Assembly (NCBI GenBank): GCA_022599915.1 | Contig: JAHZLH010000027.1 | Coordinates: 5,610 to 69,609, forward strand | From: Actinomycetes bacterium | GTDB lineage: Bacteria; Actinomycetota; Actinomycetes; S36-B12; GCA-2699445 | Direction of reading: 5' to 3' | Length of the DNA: 64,000 nucleotides | Shown: positions 38,036 through 48,059 of the stretch, one piece after another | How positions within the stretch are numbered: the first letter of the stretch is position 1 | Layout: each line of letters begins with the position of its first letter | Made by a program: the position numbers and the translations under genes | Notes under the pieces: generated by a model | Database searches by the model: none | Told to the model about the DNA's origin: nothing | The model's input: the letters and a program-made list of their open reading frames with translations, nothing else

Positions 38036-41000
38036 TACTGGCCTCCCTGTGCTGGACAACTGTCGCGGAAATCGCATCTGGCACATTGGGCGCCGGGGTG
38101 CGCAGGAAACTCTTCCTCACCCACGATTCGGACGAGATCGGCGGTGTGAGCTAGCTGCGTGTCGATGTCCACCGACTCCTGCTGCCTTGTGGCTGGCTGC
38201 GGATTGTTCTTACCGGCATCGAGACGCAGATAAACGAAACCTGCCCCGTCAACCGGTTGACCGTCATCCTGTTCCAGCGCTAGCGCCAACTGATAGGTAG
38301 CTAGTTGTTGATTGCTGGCCGTATCAGCTTTGGAGTGCGCAGTGCCTTGAGTCTTGAAGTCCCACACTCTGGCCGTGCCATCCTCGTCCCGCTCGACCAG
38401 GTCGATGGCGCCTCGTAGCCGCACTTGTGACTCGGAGTCGGGCAGGGTGAAAAGTTTGTCCAGAGCGCGTTCCGATTCCACTAAATGCCAGCGGTCGGTC
38501 AGCCACAGTTCGGCTCGACGAATGGCTGCGAGCGCTTCGTCTCGTTGCATCGCCGCGCTCCACTCGGCTTCATAGCCATCATCGGTCCACAACTGCGCCA
38601 GCAACTGCTCTGGGTCGAGGTCTTGTCCCGCTTGTCGAGCCTTGATGAGCTCAGACACCGCCTCGTGCACGATCAAGCCGAACTGGGCCGGTGTTCCCAG
38701 CGGGCGACCGCCTTTGGCCTCACGACCCAAAAACCACCGCAGTGGACAGTCGGTCAGCCCCTCGATGGCTGAGGCAGACAAGCGCATGGGCGCGTCGTCA
38801 CGGCGAATCGGCGCCGGCGCAGAAGTCCAATCACTGACTCCCGGCCAGCGATTAACATCTGCTGCCGGCACGAGGGCGGCCGCTCCGTCGCCCGCATGTG
38901 CGAGTCGCGCGAGCGACCGCGCTGCCGCGCTGCGTTGTGCTGGATCCGCGGCGACATCGCGCAACCTCGCGATGAGTTCAATCGGGGTTTGCGGCTCGGC
39001 AGGGTGTCCGGACACTCGCTGCCACCCGCTACCGAGTTCAGCCACCAGAGTGGCGGGTGGATCGTCCACGCCTCCTGCGGCACATAAGACCACATCCGCG
39101 CTGCTGCGTCCCAGCGCCATACCCAACAGTCGCCGATCTTCCCCCAGCGGCGCCGGTGCTGGCAGCGGCAGCAACTCTGAGTCCGTCAATCGACCCAATT
39201 GGAACAGTCCATCAGCCGGATGGCCGCCACCAAAGACCGATTCCTGCACACCGGTCACCATGACCAGTTGCCATTGTTTACCCTTGCTGCGGCGCAGCGA
39301 CATCACCGCAACTGCATCCCGATAAGACTGCTGCTGTAGGTCTGGTTCGGCGGCGATTTGCTGGGATTCCACCTCAGCGAGGAACGCTCGCAACCCTCGG
39401 GTCCCGCCCCAGCGTTCCGGTGCACGTTGTGCCATCCGAAACAGCTGCATCACTGCATCCAGGTCGCGATCCGCTGCTATCCCGGCGGCACCCGACTGCA
39501 GCGCACGTTCCCGCAGTCGCCGCGGCCAGGGCCCATCCCACAACGCCCACAAAACCTCCGCTGGCGGTCGACCTTGTCGTTCGAACCGGGCCGCAGTCGC
39601 GAGCCGATCCACTAACGCCTCAATCCGATGCGACAGATACGGGAGCCGCTCGGTCAGTTCAGCCCGCAGCTCGGCATCGGTGCAGACCTGGGCCAACGTC
39701 ACTGGCGCTACTGGATCCGCGTCCAAGACCTCATCTGTAGGTCGCGTCCGCAGCCAGCGACGTAATGCCCGCAGATCGGCCGGCCCCAGCCCACCTAGTT
39801 CCGAACTCAGTACGTGTTCGACTTCCTGGGAAGACAACGAATCTCGCCCCCAATCCAAGCTGAGTCGGGCGGCCGCGATAACTGCCGCCACTGCCGGTTG
39901 CATCACCAGCGGTAGATCATCGCCTGGCACGCTCACCGGTATCTGCGCCCGACCCAGACTGCGGATGAGTTCGGGTAGATCTTGCGTGGCGGAGGCTGAC
40001 AGCACCGCCATGTCACGCCAGGGAACTCCGGCCGCACGCGCCGCCCGCAGCCGAGCGGCTATATGAGCCGATTGCGAGGTTGGATCATCGAACTCCAGTA
40101 GCGCCAACTCACCTGGCACTTCGTCAATGATGGCCGGACTGCGAAGCGGCCGAGCTAGGTCCGCCGGCAACCCGGGATACCAGCGATTACCAAGCAATTG
40201 AGCTCGGGCATCCCGTAATTCTGCAGGTCCCCGGTAGCAGCGAGACAACACCTGACAGTGGCTACTGCGGGCCAAGTCCGCCAAGACCGCCGGGTCAGCG
40301 CCTCGGAAAGACCAGATGCTCTGGTCGGGATCACCAGCGGCAATCAACTGACCGTCCGTGACTAGTACGGCTCGCAGCAGTTTCAGTTCCAGCGGGGCTA
40401 GGTCCTGCGCGTCATCGATGACAACTGCGGCGAAGGGTTGCCCCCGCCACACCCCTGACTCCACATAGCGCAGCGCCCGCAACACCGCCTCGACGTAATC
40501 GACCGACCCTTCCCAGTCCAGCACCTGCAGGTATTCGTCGACGAATCTCGCAACCGCGAGCCAGCCGTGATCCTGTTGCGCGGCTGACACCCGCGCCAGT
40601 TCCGCAGGATCCCACGCACGCAAACGCACATGGGACACTGCTCGGCGCAGTTGCCGGGCAAAGGCTCGGGTACCCACGGCGGTGGACCACTCGGCTGGCC
40701 AGCTCGGCTGCTCCGGATCTGCGCCCAGATCTGCGTCCGCGGGTGCTGCACCAGCGAGAAGTTCCCGGATCCGAACCTCCTGTTCCGGAGCAGTCAACAG
40801 TCTTGGTTGCGGCTGACCGGTTTCGGCCAGGATGGTTCCCGCAAGTCCGACGACGGTCGAGATCCGCGGCGCGATCCCAGGAAGTTCCTGAGCTGTTCTG
40901 GCTTGCCAGGAGCGCGCCATTGATCGGTCATGGGTAATGCCTAGTACCCGATCTGCACCGAGCCGCGAGGTCAATCCGATGCTGGCCGCTTGCACGGTAG

Positions 41001-41160
41001 CGGACTTCCCGGTGCCAGCACCGCCGAGGAGTAGAACGGAGGTAGTCGTGTCGACAACTGCCTGTTGGACGTCATCCAATTGCATCTCGGCCGTCGCGAG
41101 CCCACCGGCCGCCGCCTGGGCCAGCTCATCCGGCGAACGATGGGAAGGCTCTGCCGCCAT
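38035..41160 (-). CDS. adnA: Helicase-nuclease AdnA
   Basis: Degenerate UvrD motor (GGAGTGKS, DDAQDL, GDPDQSI), nuclease GAIDL/WDFKT/QLATY, Fe-S Cys CPLRW...CARCDFRDSC. Confidence 0.9.
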   Translation of the reverse strand: MAAEPSHRSPDELAQAAAGGLATAEMQLDDVQQAVVDTTTSVLLLGGAGTGKSATVQAASIGLTSRLGADRVLGITHDRSMARSWQARTAQELPGIAPRISTVVGLAGTILAETGQPQPRLLTAPEQEVRIRELLAGAAPADADLGADPEQPSWPAEWSTAVGTRAFARQLRRAVSHVRLRAWDPAELARVSAAQQDHGWLAVARFVDEYLQVLDWEGSVDYVEAVLRALRYVESGVWRGQPFAAVVIDDAQDLAPLELKLLRAVLVTDGQLIAAGDPDQSIWSFRGADPAVLADLARSSHCQVLSRCYRGPAELRDARAQLLGNRWYPGLPADLARPLRSPAIIDEVPGELALLEFDDPTSQSAHIAARLRAARAAGVPWRDMAVLSASATQDLPELIRSLGRAQIPVSVPGDDLPLVMQPAVAAVIAAARLSLDWGRDSLSSQEVEHVLSSELGGLGPADLRALRRWLRTRPTDEVLDADPVAPVTLAQVCTDAELRAELTERLPYLSHRIEALVDRLATAARFERQGRPPAEVLWALWDGPWPRRLRERALQSGAAGIAADRDLDAVMQLFRMAQRAPERWGGTRGLRAFLAEVESQQIAAEPDLQQQSYRDAVAVMSLRRSKGKQWQLVMVTGVQESVFGGGHPADGLFQLGRLTDSELLPLPAPAPLGEDRRLLGMALGRSSADVVLCAAGGVDDPPATLVAELGSGWQRVSGHPAEPQTPIELIARLRDVAADPAQRSAAARSLARLAHAGDGAAALVPAADVNRWPGVSDWTSAPAPIRRDDAPMRLSASAIEGLTDCPLRWFLGREAKGGRPLGTPAQFGLIVHEAVSELIKARQAGQDLDPEQLLAQLWTDDGYEAEWSAAMQRDEALAAIRRAELWLTDRWHLVESERALDKLFTLPDSESQVRLRGAIDLVERDEDGTARVWDFKTQGTAHSKADTASNQQLATYQLALALEQDDGQPVDGAGFVYLRLDAGKNNPQPATRQQESVDIDTQLAHTADLVRIVGEEEFPAHPGAQCARCDFRDSCPAQGGQ

Positions 41161-41556
41161 AGTACTAGCACCCCATTCCCGATCTCTGTCCTGACAGCCC
41201 CTCGCTAACGATGAGCCACTTCTCCGGTCACCGGCTAGACGACTTCCACTGCGGCAGCACAGCAGGCCCAGAGCTAGCCGCGCTGGGTGATGTGCTTCAC
41301 TGCCCTGTCCTAGGAGCAACCATTGCGACCCTAGAACGCCAGTGCCTCCCGTTGCCAGCTTTTCGCCTGGGGGAATGACTACCCGCATGGCCCAATGCCA
41401 GGCTTTCCTTGGTTGCCCGCTGGTTGCGTCCCGCTGTTGCCTGCCTCAGCTTTTTCCTCAGTTGTTTTCCTCAGCCGCCTTCCGCAACGGCCCTAGTTCA
41501 ACACGACGGTCCGACACGCCTCGGCTTTCACAAGTCGAGCGTGCAAAGATCAGGGA

Positions 41557-44139
41557 ATGACCACCGCCGATCAGGGGTCCCGACCCCCCGCAGATTCAGT
41601 AGAATCTGCGGCTTCCGGATCGGCGGATGAGGCACTGGCGGCTCCCGCTGACGGCGATGCAACTGACACTGCGATGACCGAAGTGATCCAGCCGAGCGGG
41701 ACAGCGACCCAGCCGAACTCCGGCCAAGCAGTCACCCCGACACCCGATTCGGCAGATGGTGATACCGGCGAAAACACGCTGGTCATCGAAGACGGGGTTA
41801 TTAGTAAGCGACTACGCCGCCCCATGGATCTGGTTCGGCTGGTCGCGGCGGTGGCAGCCAGTATCGCCGTCGCTGCGCTGGCCTACTTCGCGACTAATGC
41901 CACCTCAAGCCTGGGCGAGGAGGTCTCCGCGGCCTCCCGCAGCCTGCCGGAAATCCTCGTGGGCCTCCTACGCCTCATCGGGAACCTAGGATTGCTGGCG
42001 CTGCCGGTGGCATCCGCCGTCGACCTGCTCCTGCGCGGCCGCGGTCGGCAATTGGTCGATGCCCTCGCGGGCTTTTTCCTCGCAGTAGTTCTACTCCTCG
42101 GCGCGCAGCTATCCATCGAGTACTTTGAGCTGTCCCGGTGGCAGGTCGCGCTGGCGGGCAGCACCAGCCCCAACGACACTCCACTCATTCCGCTGTTCGG
42201 CGGCTTGGTGGCTTACATCACCGTGGCACGGTTGATGGCTCGGCGACCCTGGAACGCCTTCTCGATTCTGGTCGTTGTATCGCTGGGAGTACTGATTGTC
42301 ACCGCGGGCAGCACAGCTCTGGCGGGGCTCGGCCTGTCGGTGTTGGTCGGCTGGGCAGCGGGCCTGCTGACGCGGTACGCGCTCGGTACCCCGACCACTC
42401 GACCGAGTGGTGTGAAGGTCGCACAGACTCTCGAACGGGCCGACCTGCCGGTAGTGGTGTTGCGGGCCACCGAAAGAACCGGCATGGGTCGGATGTATCT
42501 GGCCACGAGAACCTCAGGCCCCGCCTTAAATGTGATCGTGCTCGACCGCGACTTGGAAGGCGCTGGCCTGATCCAAGATTTCTGGCGGTCGCTGCGCCTG
42601 CGCGAGGATGCCGGCAGTCGTAGTTTCAACATGCGCCGCACGCTGGAGCAGCGGGCGCTGCTCTCTTACTCAGCACAGATCGCGGGTGTCGCCACACCAC
42701 AGTTGTTGGCCGCTCGCGAAGTCTCAGCTGACTCCTGCTTATTGGTTTACGAAAAGACCGCCGGCCGCCGACTGCAGGAACTGGCCGTCGATGAAATCAC
42801 CGATGCGATGCTAGACGAAATCTGGCAATCAGTGGCACAACTACGGGCTGCAGGTATCGCTCACCGCGCTCTCAACTCCCATAACATTCAGCTCGACACT
42901 GCCGGCAGTGTCGAGCTACTACGCATCGACAACGGCAGCGTGGCCGCCAGCGATGTATCCCTGCGCATTGACCTCGCGGAACTGCTGTGTTCGCTAGGGC
43001 TCCTGGTCGGCGCAGATCGAGCTGTCGCATCCGGACGTCGGGTGTTGGGCAGCGACGTCATCGCTAAGGCACTTCCGGTGCTGCAGCCAGTTGCGCTCAG
43101 CAGCGAGACCAAAAAGGCGGTGCGTAAGAACAAGGACCTGCTGGCACACATCCGAGATGCGCTCATTGAGGTGCAACCGGACGCAACCGTCGAACAGATT
43201 GAACTGGAGCGGATCAAGCCGCGCACGGTACTGATGATTGCTGGCGGCACGATCGCGGTATACGTACTGTTGTCGCAGTTGGCCAATGTTGATCTGGTTG
43301 GCCTGTTCCGGGACGCCTCGTGGTGGTGGGTCGGGCTCGCCTTCGCGGCCTCGCTACTCACCTACCCAGCGACAGCCTGGCAACTCAGCGGTTTCGTGCC
43401 AGAGAAGCTCAAACTGCTGCCCACAACCGCAGTCCAACTGGCGGGCGACTTTGTCACCTTGATCACCCCACCAACGCTTGGTTCAGTCGGGGTCAACATG
43501 CGCTACCTCACCAAGATTGGTATCCATCCAGTCCTCGCCACCGCGAGCATCGGGGTGTCGCAGGTGGGCGCGTTTATGGTGCATGTGCTGATGCTGATCG
43601 GCTTTGGTATCGCTGCCGGTACCCAGGCAGCTAGCAGCGGTTTCAGCTTTGAACTGCCACCGGTCGCGGTGATAGCAGTTCTCGCAGTTCTGGTCGTCAT
43701 CGTGGTGTTGGCCATGCTGCGGCCAGTCCGCACAGTGGTGTGGAAGCGTATTGGCCCACTGATGAAGGAAGTCGTGCCGCGAATGGTGACGGTGGCACAA
43801 CGACCCTGGAAAATCGTGGAGGGCGTGGGCGGCAGCGCCTTGGTCAATGTCGGCTACATCCTCTGCCTCGCCGCTTGCGTCGAAGCTTTTGGCGGTGAAC
43901 TGAGCTTGCCGCTGGTAGCACTGGCCTATCTGGCTGGCTCAGTCATTGGACAGGCGGCACCCACTCCCGGCGGTTTGGGTGCGGTGGAAGCCGCTATCGT
44001 CGCGGGCCTCACCTTCGCCGGCCTCGATGCTGGCATCGCAGTCTCATCGGTCTTGCTGTACCGGGTCATCACCTTCTGGTTGCCGGTGGCTCCCGGGTAT
44101 CTCACCTTCAACCTGTTGCAGCGCAAGGGCTATCTGTAG
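41557..44139 (+). CDS. Lysylphosphatidylglycerol synthase TM (flippase-like) protein with a central kinase-like domain
   Basis: C-terminal PTPGGLGAVEA...LLYRVITFWLP; central AGIAHRALNSHNI; N-terminal TM bundle. Confidence 0.85.
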   Translation: MTTADQGSRPPADSVESAASGSADEALAAPADGDATDTAMTEVIQPSGTATQPNSGQAVTPTPDSADGDTGENTLVIEDGVISKRLRRPMDLVRLVAAVAASIAVAALAYFATNATSSLGEEVSAASRSLPEILVGLLRLIGNLGLLALPVASAVDLLLRGRGRQLVDALAGFFLAVVLLLGAQLSIEYFELSRWQVALAGSTSPNDTPLIPLFGGLVAYITVARLMARRPWNAFSILVVVSLGVLIVTAGSTALAGLGLSVLVGWAAGLLTRYALGTPTTRPSGVKVAQTLERADLPVVVLRATERTGMGRMYLATRTSGPALNVIVLDRDLEGAGLIQDFWRSLRLREDAGSRSFNMRRTLEQRALLSYSAQIAGVATPQLLAAREVSADSCLLVYEKTAGRRLQELAVDEITDAMLDEIWQSVAQLRAAGIAHRALNSHNIQLDTAGSVELLRIDNGSVAASDVSLRIDLAELLCSLGLLVGADRAVASGRRVLGSDVIAKALPVLQPVALSSETKKAVRKNKDLLAHIRDALIEVQPDATVEQIELERIKPRTVLMIAGGTIAVYVLLSQLANVDLVGLFRDASWWWVGLAFAASLLTYPATAWQLSGFVPEKLKLLPTTAVQLAGDFVTLITPPTLGSVGVNMRYLTKIGIHPVLATASIGVSQVGAFMVHVLMLIGFGIAAGTQAASSGFSFELPPVAVIAVLAVLVVIVVLAMLRPVRTVVWKRIGPLMKEVVPRMVTVAQRPWKIVEGVGGSALVNVGYILCLAACVEAFGGELSLPLVALAYLAGSVIGQAAPTPGGLGAVEAAIVAGLTFAGLDAGIAVSSVLLYRVITFWLPVAPGYLTFNLLQRKGYL

Positions 44140-44185
44140 CCCCGATCCGGTTGCGACGCTGCACAGAGAGCGAGAGGCTCGGCAC

Positions 44186-44647
44186 ATGGCAACGCGCGAC
44201 TATGACCAAGGCGAACTGACTGTCCACTGGGATAGCGGTAAATGTATTCACTCGGCTAACTGCATTCGGGCTGCGGCCAAAGTGTTCCGTCCGAAAGAGC
44301 GTCCGTGGATTGACGTGTCTGGCGCCGACGCCGAAACGATCGCCGTAGCCGTCGATACCTGCCCGACTGGAGCAATCTCCTATACCTGGCACAACCAGGA
44401 AGGCCGCCCGACCGGTGCGGAGGCACCCGCAACCGCCGCGCAAGTGGACGTTGCCATCAAGGTGACCGCCGATGGCCCCTACGAGGTAGCGGGCCCGGTT
44501 CGAATCCTGGACGACGATGGCGGCTGCATTGAAACCACGGACAAGACGTGGCTGTGCCGCTGCGGCAACAGCCAAAACAAGCCGTTTTGCGATGGCTCAC
44601 ACCGTACGGCTGAGTTCTCTGACCCGCGCGATGATCACGGCGGCTAA
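44186..44647 (+). CDS. Divergent 4Fe-4S (Fer4_19-like) plus CDGSH iron-sulfur domain protein
   Basis: CIHSANC...CPTGAI and DGPY...LCRCGNSQNKPFCDGSH. Confidence 0.92.
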   Translation: MATRDYDQGELTVHWDSGKCIHSANCIRAAAKVFRPKERPWIDVSGADAETIAVAVDTCPTGAISYTWHNQEGRPTGAEAPATAAQVDVAIKVTADGPYEVAGPVRILDDDGGCIETTDKTWLCRCGNSQNKPFCDGSHRTAEFSDPRDDHGG

Positions 44648-44665
44648 CCCACGCGGCGGGGCGGC

Positions 44666-45856
44666 TCAATAGCTGGGCTTGTGCGGTTCGATCTGATCGA
44701 CCCAGGCGACCACGCCGCCGCCCACGTGAATCGCGTCGGCAAAACCGGCATCCTTGACCACGGCCAGCACCTCAGCCGAGCGACCACCTACTTTGCAGTG
44801 CAGCACGATCTGCTTGTCGTTGGGCAACGACGACAGCGCCGTGCCGTTGAGAAACTCCCCCTTGGGGATCAGCGTGGCACCAGGGATGTTCACGATCTCG
44901 TACTCGTTCGGTTCGCGGACATCGATCAACTCGAAGTCTCGTTCGCCGGCCTCGCGTTCCGCCAACATCTGCTGCAGCATCACCACGGAGATAGTGGAGT
45001 CCTTGGCCGCCTCGGCCGCCTCATCGGAAACGGCGCCACAGAATGCTTCGTAGTCGATCAACTCAGTAACGGTCGGATTCTCGCCGCAAATGGCGCAGTT
45101 GGGGTCCTTACGAATCTTGACGGAGCGGTAGGCCATATCGAGGCCGTCGTACAACATCAGTCGCCCGACCATGGTTTCCCCAATACCGGTCAATACCTTG
45201 ATGGCCTCGGTGACCTGGATGGACCCGATCGAGGCACACAGCACGCCGAGCACCCCACCCTCTGCGCAGGACGGCACCATGCCGGGCGGCGGCGGTTCTG
45301 GGTACAGGCACCGATAGCACGGACCGTGCTCTGCCCAAAAGACTGAGGCTTGTCCTTCGAATCGGTAGATAGAACCCCAGACGTAGGGTTTGCCGAGCAG
45401 GACAGCGGCGTCGTTGACTAGGTAACGCGTGGCGAAGTTGTCCGTGCCATCCACGATGAGGTCGTACTGCCCAAACAGTTCCATCACATTGTCGGAGTCG
45501 AGCCGTTCCTCGTGGACCTGCACATTGATCAACGGGTTGATCTCTTTGATGCGCTGCTTGGCCGATTCCGCCTTCGACATACCCAACGTGGACTGACCAT
45601 GAATGATCTGCCGCTGCAGGTTGGACTCGTCCACCACATCGAACTCGACGATGCCCAGCGTGCCCACGCCAGCTGCCGCCAGATACATCAAGGCGGGGCT
45701 TCCCAGCCCACCGGCACCGACACATAGAACTTTGGCGCTCTTGAGTCGGCGCTGACCAGCCATACCAACATCGGGAATGATCAGATGACGGCTGTAGCGA
45801 CGCACCTCATCGACGGTCAACTCCTCGGTGGGCTCCACCAGTGGGGGCAGCGACAC
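44666..45856 (-). CDS. moeZ: Adenylyltransferase/sulfurtransferase MoeZ (MoeB + rhodanese)
   Basis: RYSRHLII, VGAGGLGS, SNLQRQ, CYRC, PSCAEGG, rhodanese HCKVGGRS. Confidence 0.96.
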   Translation of the reverse strand: MSLPPLVEPTEELTVDEVRRYSRHLIIPDVGMAGQRRLKSAKVLCVGAGGLGSPALMYLAAAGVGTLGIVEFDVVDESNLQRQIIHGQSTLGMSKAESAKQRIKEINPLINVQVHEERLDSDNVMELFGQYDLIVDGTDNFATRYLVNDAAVLLGKPYVWGSIYRFEGQASVFWAEHGPCYRCLYPEPPPPGMVPSCAEGGVLGVLCASIGSIQVTEAIKVLTGIGETMVGRLMLYDGLDMAYRSVKIRKDPNCAICGENPTVTELIDYEAFCGAVSDEAAEAAKDSTISVVMLQQMLAEREAGERDFELIDVREPNEYEIVNIPGATLIPKGEFLNGTALSSLPNDKQIVLHCKVGGRSAEVLAVVKDAGFADAIHVGGGVVAWVDQIEPHKPSY

Positions 45857-45911
45857 GATTTCTCCTTGCTTGTTGCGTTCCAGTCGGGCACCGGCCTCGC
45901 CTGTTGCAGAT

Positions 45912-45939
45912 CAACAGCACCGCAGTCGGCAATATTCCC
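45912..45939 (-). promoter_or_regulatory. SigR/SigH-type promoter of moeZ
   Basis: Minus strand GGGAAT-N18-GTTG, 55 bp upstream of the start codon. Confidence 0.8.
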
Positions 45940-46059
45940 GTGACCCGCAGATCGCAGCGGCGTCCGGTAGTCGGTACGCGGTGCACCGGTCCGCGGAACT
46001 ACCGAAAGTGTACGAAACATCTTCGACACACCAGAAATGACAACCAGGCAGCGACGCAG

Positions 46060-46980
46060 CTATGACGGTTCCGCCGCTACCTGCGGACGGGGCGATCCGA
46101 TCAAATCTCGCCACACGCCCGCCACCATCTCGGGATGCTCCATCTGTGCGACGTGCCCAGAATCGGGGATGACCACGACCCGGGCGTCTCGGAAGCTGGC
46201 CGCAAGTTTCGAGGAATTCCGCGGATCGACCAGCCGGTCCCGACGGCCGTACAGCAGCAGAGTGGGTGCGGTGACTTTGCTGACCGCTTCGTGCAAATCA
46301 ACTCCCTTGCGACCCAACATGGCTTGGACCAGGCCACGAGTGGATCGGGCGAAGGCATCGGCCGGGTAGGACAACTTGTCGCGTCGCTTCACCTCTTCAA
46401 TAGCCTCGTCCATGCGCTGTGGATGCATCCGGTCCATATCCCCGAAACACACCTCTACCGTGGCGCGCGCTCGAAGATCCGCCGGCACCTGCAAGTACCG
46501 CGAGACGATACGCTCCCCGGCACCGGGAACTGCAATTACCGGTAGGTGCACGTTGTTCTTGGTGATCCGACCACCCGGCAAGGCCGGTGAAATGAGCGTC
46601 AGGCTACGGATCAACTCGGGATGACGCGCAGCGAGCAGCACCGATATCGCACCACCCATCGAGTTGCCGAACAGGTGGACGGGCGAGCCGATTCGCTCGG
46701 TGATCAAGTCACGCACCGCCGAGGCGTGCCCGGGCATGGAATAGTTGCCGTCACGCGGTGGCGGCGACCATCCGAAGCCAGGCAGGTCGATCGCCCAGGA
46801 ATCCAACCGCCCTGCCATCAACTGCCCCAAGTCGGTCCAGTTCAGGGCAGAACCGCCCAATCCATGCACGAAGACGGCCGGCGCACCACCTCGGTCAACC
46901 CGTCGCACCGAGACCATTCGATTGGCCAGCCACTCTTCTGTGACCGGTGGTGGTTGGACTAGCGACTGCTCATCGGACAT
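46060..46980 (-). CDS. Alpha/beta fold hydrolase
   Basis: VHGLGG, DLPGFG, GNSMGG, DRLV, GHVAQ. Confidence 0.93.
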   Translation of the reverse strand: MSDEQSLVQPPPVTEEWLANRMVSVRRVDRGGAPAVFVHGLGGSALNWTDLGQLMAGRLDSWAIDLPGFGWSPPPRDGNYSMPGHASAVRDLITERIGSPVHLFGNSMGGAISVLLAARHPELIRSLTLISPALPGGRITKNNVHLPVIAVPGAGERIVSRYLQVPADLRARATVEVCFGDMDRMHPQRMDEAIEEVKRRDKLSYPADAFARSTRGLVQAMLGRKGVDLHEAVSKVTAPTLLLYGRRDRLVDPRNSSKLAASFRDARVVVIPDSGHVAQMEHPEMVAGVWRDLIGSPRPQVAAEPS

Positions 46981-47049
46981 GAGGTCACGCTATCGCCCGC
47001 TCCGGGAGTAGCAAACCGGGCCAAAGCCACGGCAAAGCGGAACAACTTG

Positions 47050-47066
47050 TTACTGGCGAGTAAGAT
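47050..47066 (+). promoter_or_regulatory. Palindromic operator overlapping the -10 element of the TetR gene
   Basis: TTACT-GGCG-AGTAA overlaps TAAGAT, 6 nt before GTG 47073. Confidence 0.55.
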
Positions 47067-47072
47067 AGCCAA

Positions 47073-47696
47073 GTGACCACCACACCCGGACGGGCTGTTC
47101 GACTACCCCGCGGCGAGCGCCGCGAGTCATTGCTGCAGGCCGCACGGGAAGTATTTGTCGACTCCGGCTATCACTCAGCAGCCATGGACGACATCGCGCG
47201 ACGCGCCGGAGTCACCAAACCCGTGCTCTACCAGCACTTCAGCTCCAAACAAGAGTTGTACCTCGCCGTTCTCGACGAGGGAGTGGAAGATGTACTAGCA
47301 GCGGTGGGTAAGGGACTTCAGTCCAGCCCGGACAACCGCAGCCGAGTCGCGGCGACTATGGATGCCTACCTCGGTTTCATGGCCCGCGACGATGGCGTCT
47401 ATCGCCTAGTCTTTGAATCCGATCTGGTGAACCTGCCCGCTGTCCGTGACCGGATGGAAAGCGTCAACGCAGAGTGCGCCCAGCTGGTTTCCCAAGTCAT
47501 CGCAGAAGACACCGGGCTGTCGGCGGAAGAATCCACCCTGCTGGCATTCGGTCTCATCGGACTCGCGCAAACTGCCGCCCGACAGTGGCTGCGCAACCCA
47601 CACACCATCGCCCGACCTGACGCTGGCTCACTGCTGGCCTCTCTCGCCTGGCGTGGCATTTCTGGTTTCCCCAAGAACCCCAACCCGGAACAATAG
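47073..47696 (+). CDS. TetR/AcrR family regulator (Rv3208-like)
   Basis: GYHSAAMDDIARRAGVTKPVLYQHF; C-terminal AWRGISGFP. Confidence 0.95.
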   Translation: MTTTPGRAVRLPRGERRESLLQAAREVFVDSGYHSAAMDDIARRAGVTKPVLYQHFSSKQELYLAVLDEGVEDVLAAVGKGLQSSPDNRSRVAATMDAYLGFMARDDGVYRLVFESDLVNLPAVRDRMESVNAECAQLVSQVIAEDTGLSAEESTLLAFGLIGLAQTAARQWLRNPHTIARPDAGSLLASLAWRGISGFPKNPNPEQ

Positions 47697-47706
47697 GAGC
47701 AACCTC

Positions 47707-47988
47707 ATGACCACCCGTAAAAGGACCACTAGCCGTTCCAGCGCCAAAGCCAGCACCGGCGAGCGCGTCGAAGTTCGCATCGGAGTGCAGCACGCCGCTC
47801 GCGAACTCGTACTGGAAAGCGGTGACCCAGCCGGAGTGGAGAAGGCGGTTCAGGATGGTCTGACCGCCGGCGGACTAGTGGAAATCACCGACGTCCACGG
47901 TGCCAAGTTGCTGATTCCAGGCGACAAACTGGCGTATGTGGAACTAGGCGCTCCCAGCAAGCCGCGCGTCGGCTTTGGCGCGGGCTAG
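47707..47988 (+). CDS. DUF3107 domain protein (Rv3208A-like)
   Basis: VEVRIGVQHAARELVLES...LAYVELG...RVGFG; AGGAG RBS precedes ATG 47707. Confidence 0.9.
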   Translation: MTTRKRTTSRSSAKASTGERVEVRIGVQHAARELVLESGDPAGVEKAVQDGLTAGGLVEITDVHGAKLLIPGDKLAYVELGAPSKPRVGFGAG

Positions 47989-48059
47989 TCAGCCATCGCC
48001 CAGCTCGGAAGAACTACCCACGCGCAACCCTGTAACCGGCAGCATTTTCCCGGGTGCGC

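Noticed and set aside
34952..41160. Tandem helicase-nucleases as an anti-phage system
   Set aside because: Motifs and synteny match the housekeeping AdnAB end-resection complex.
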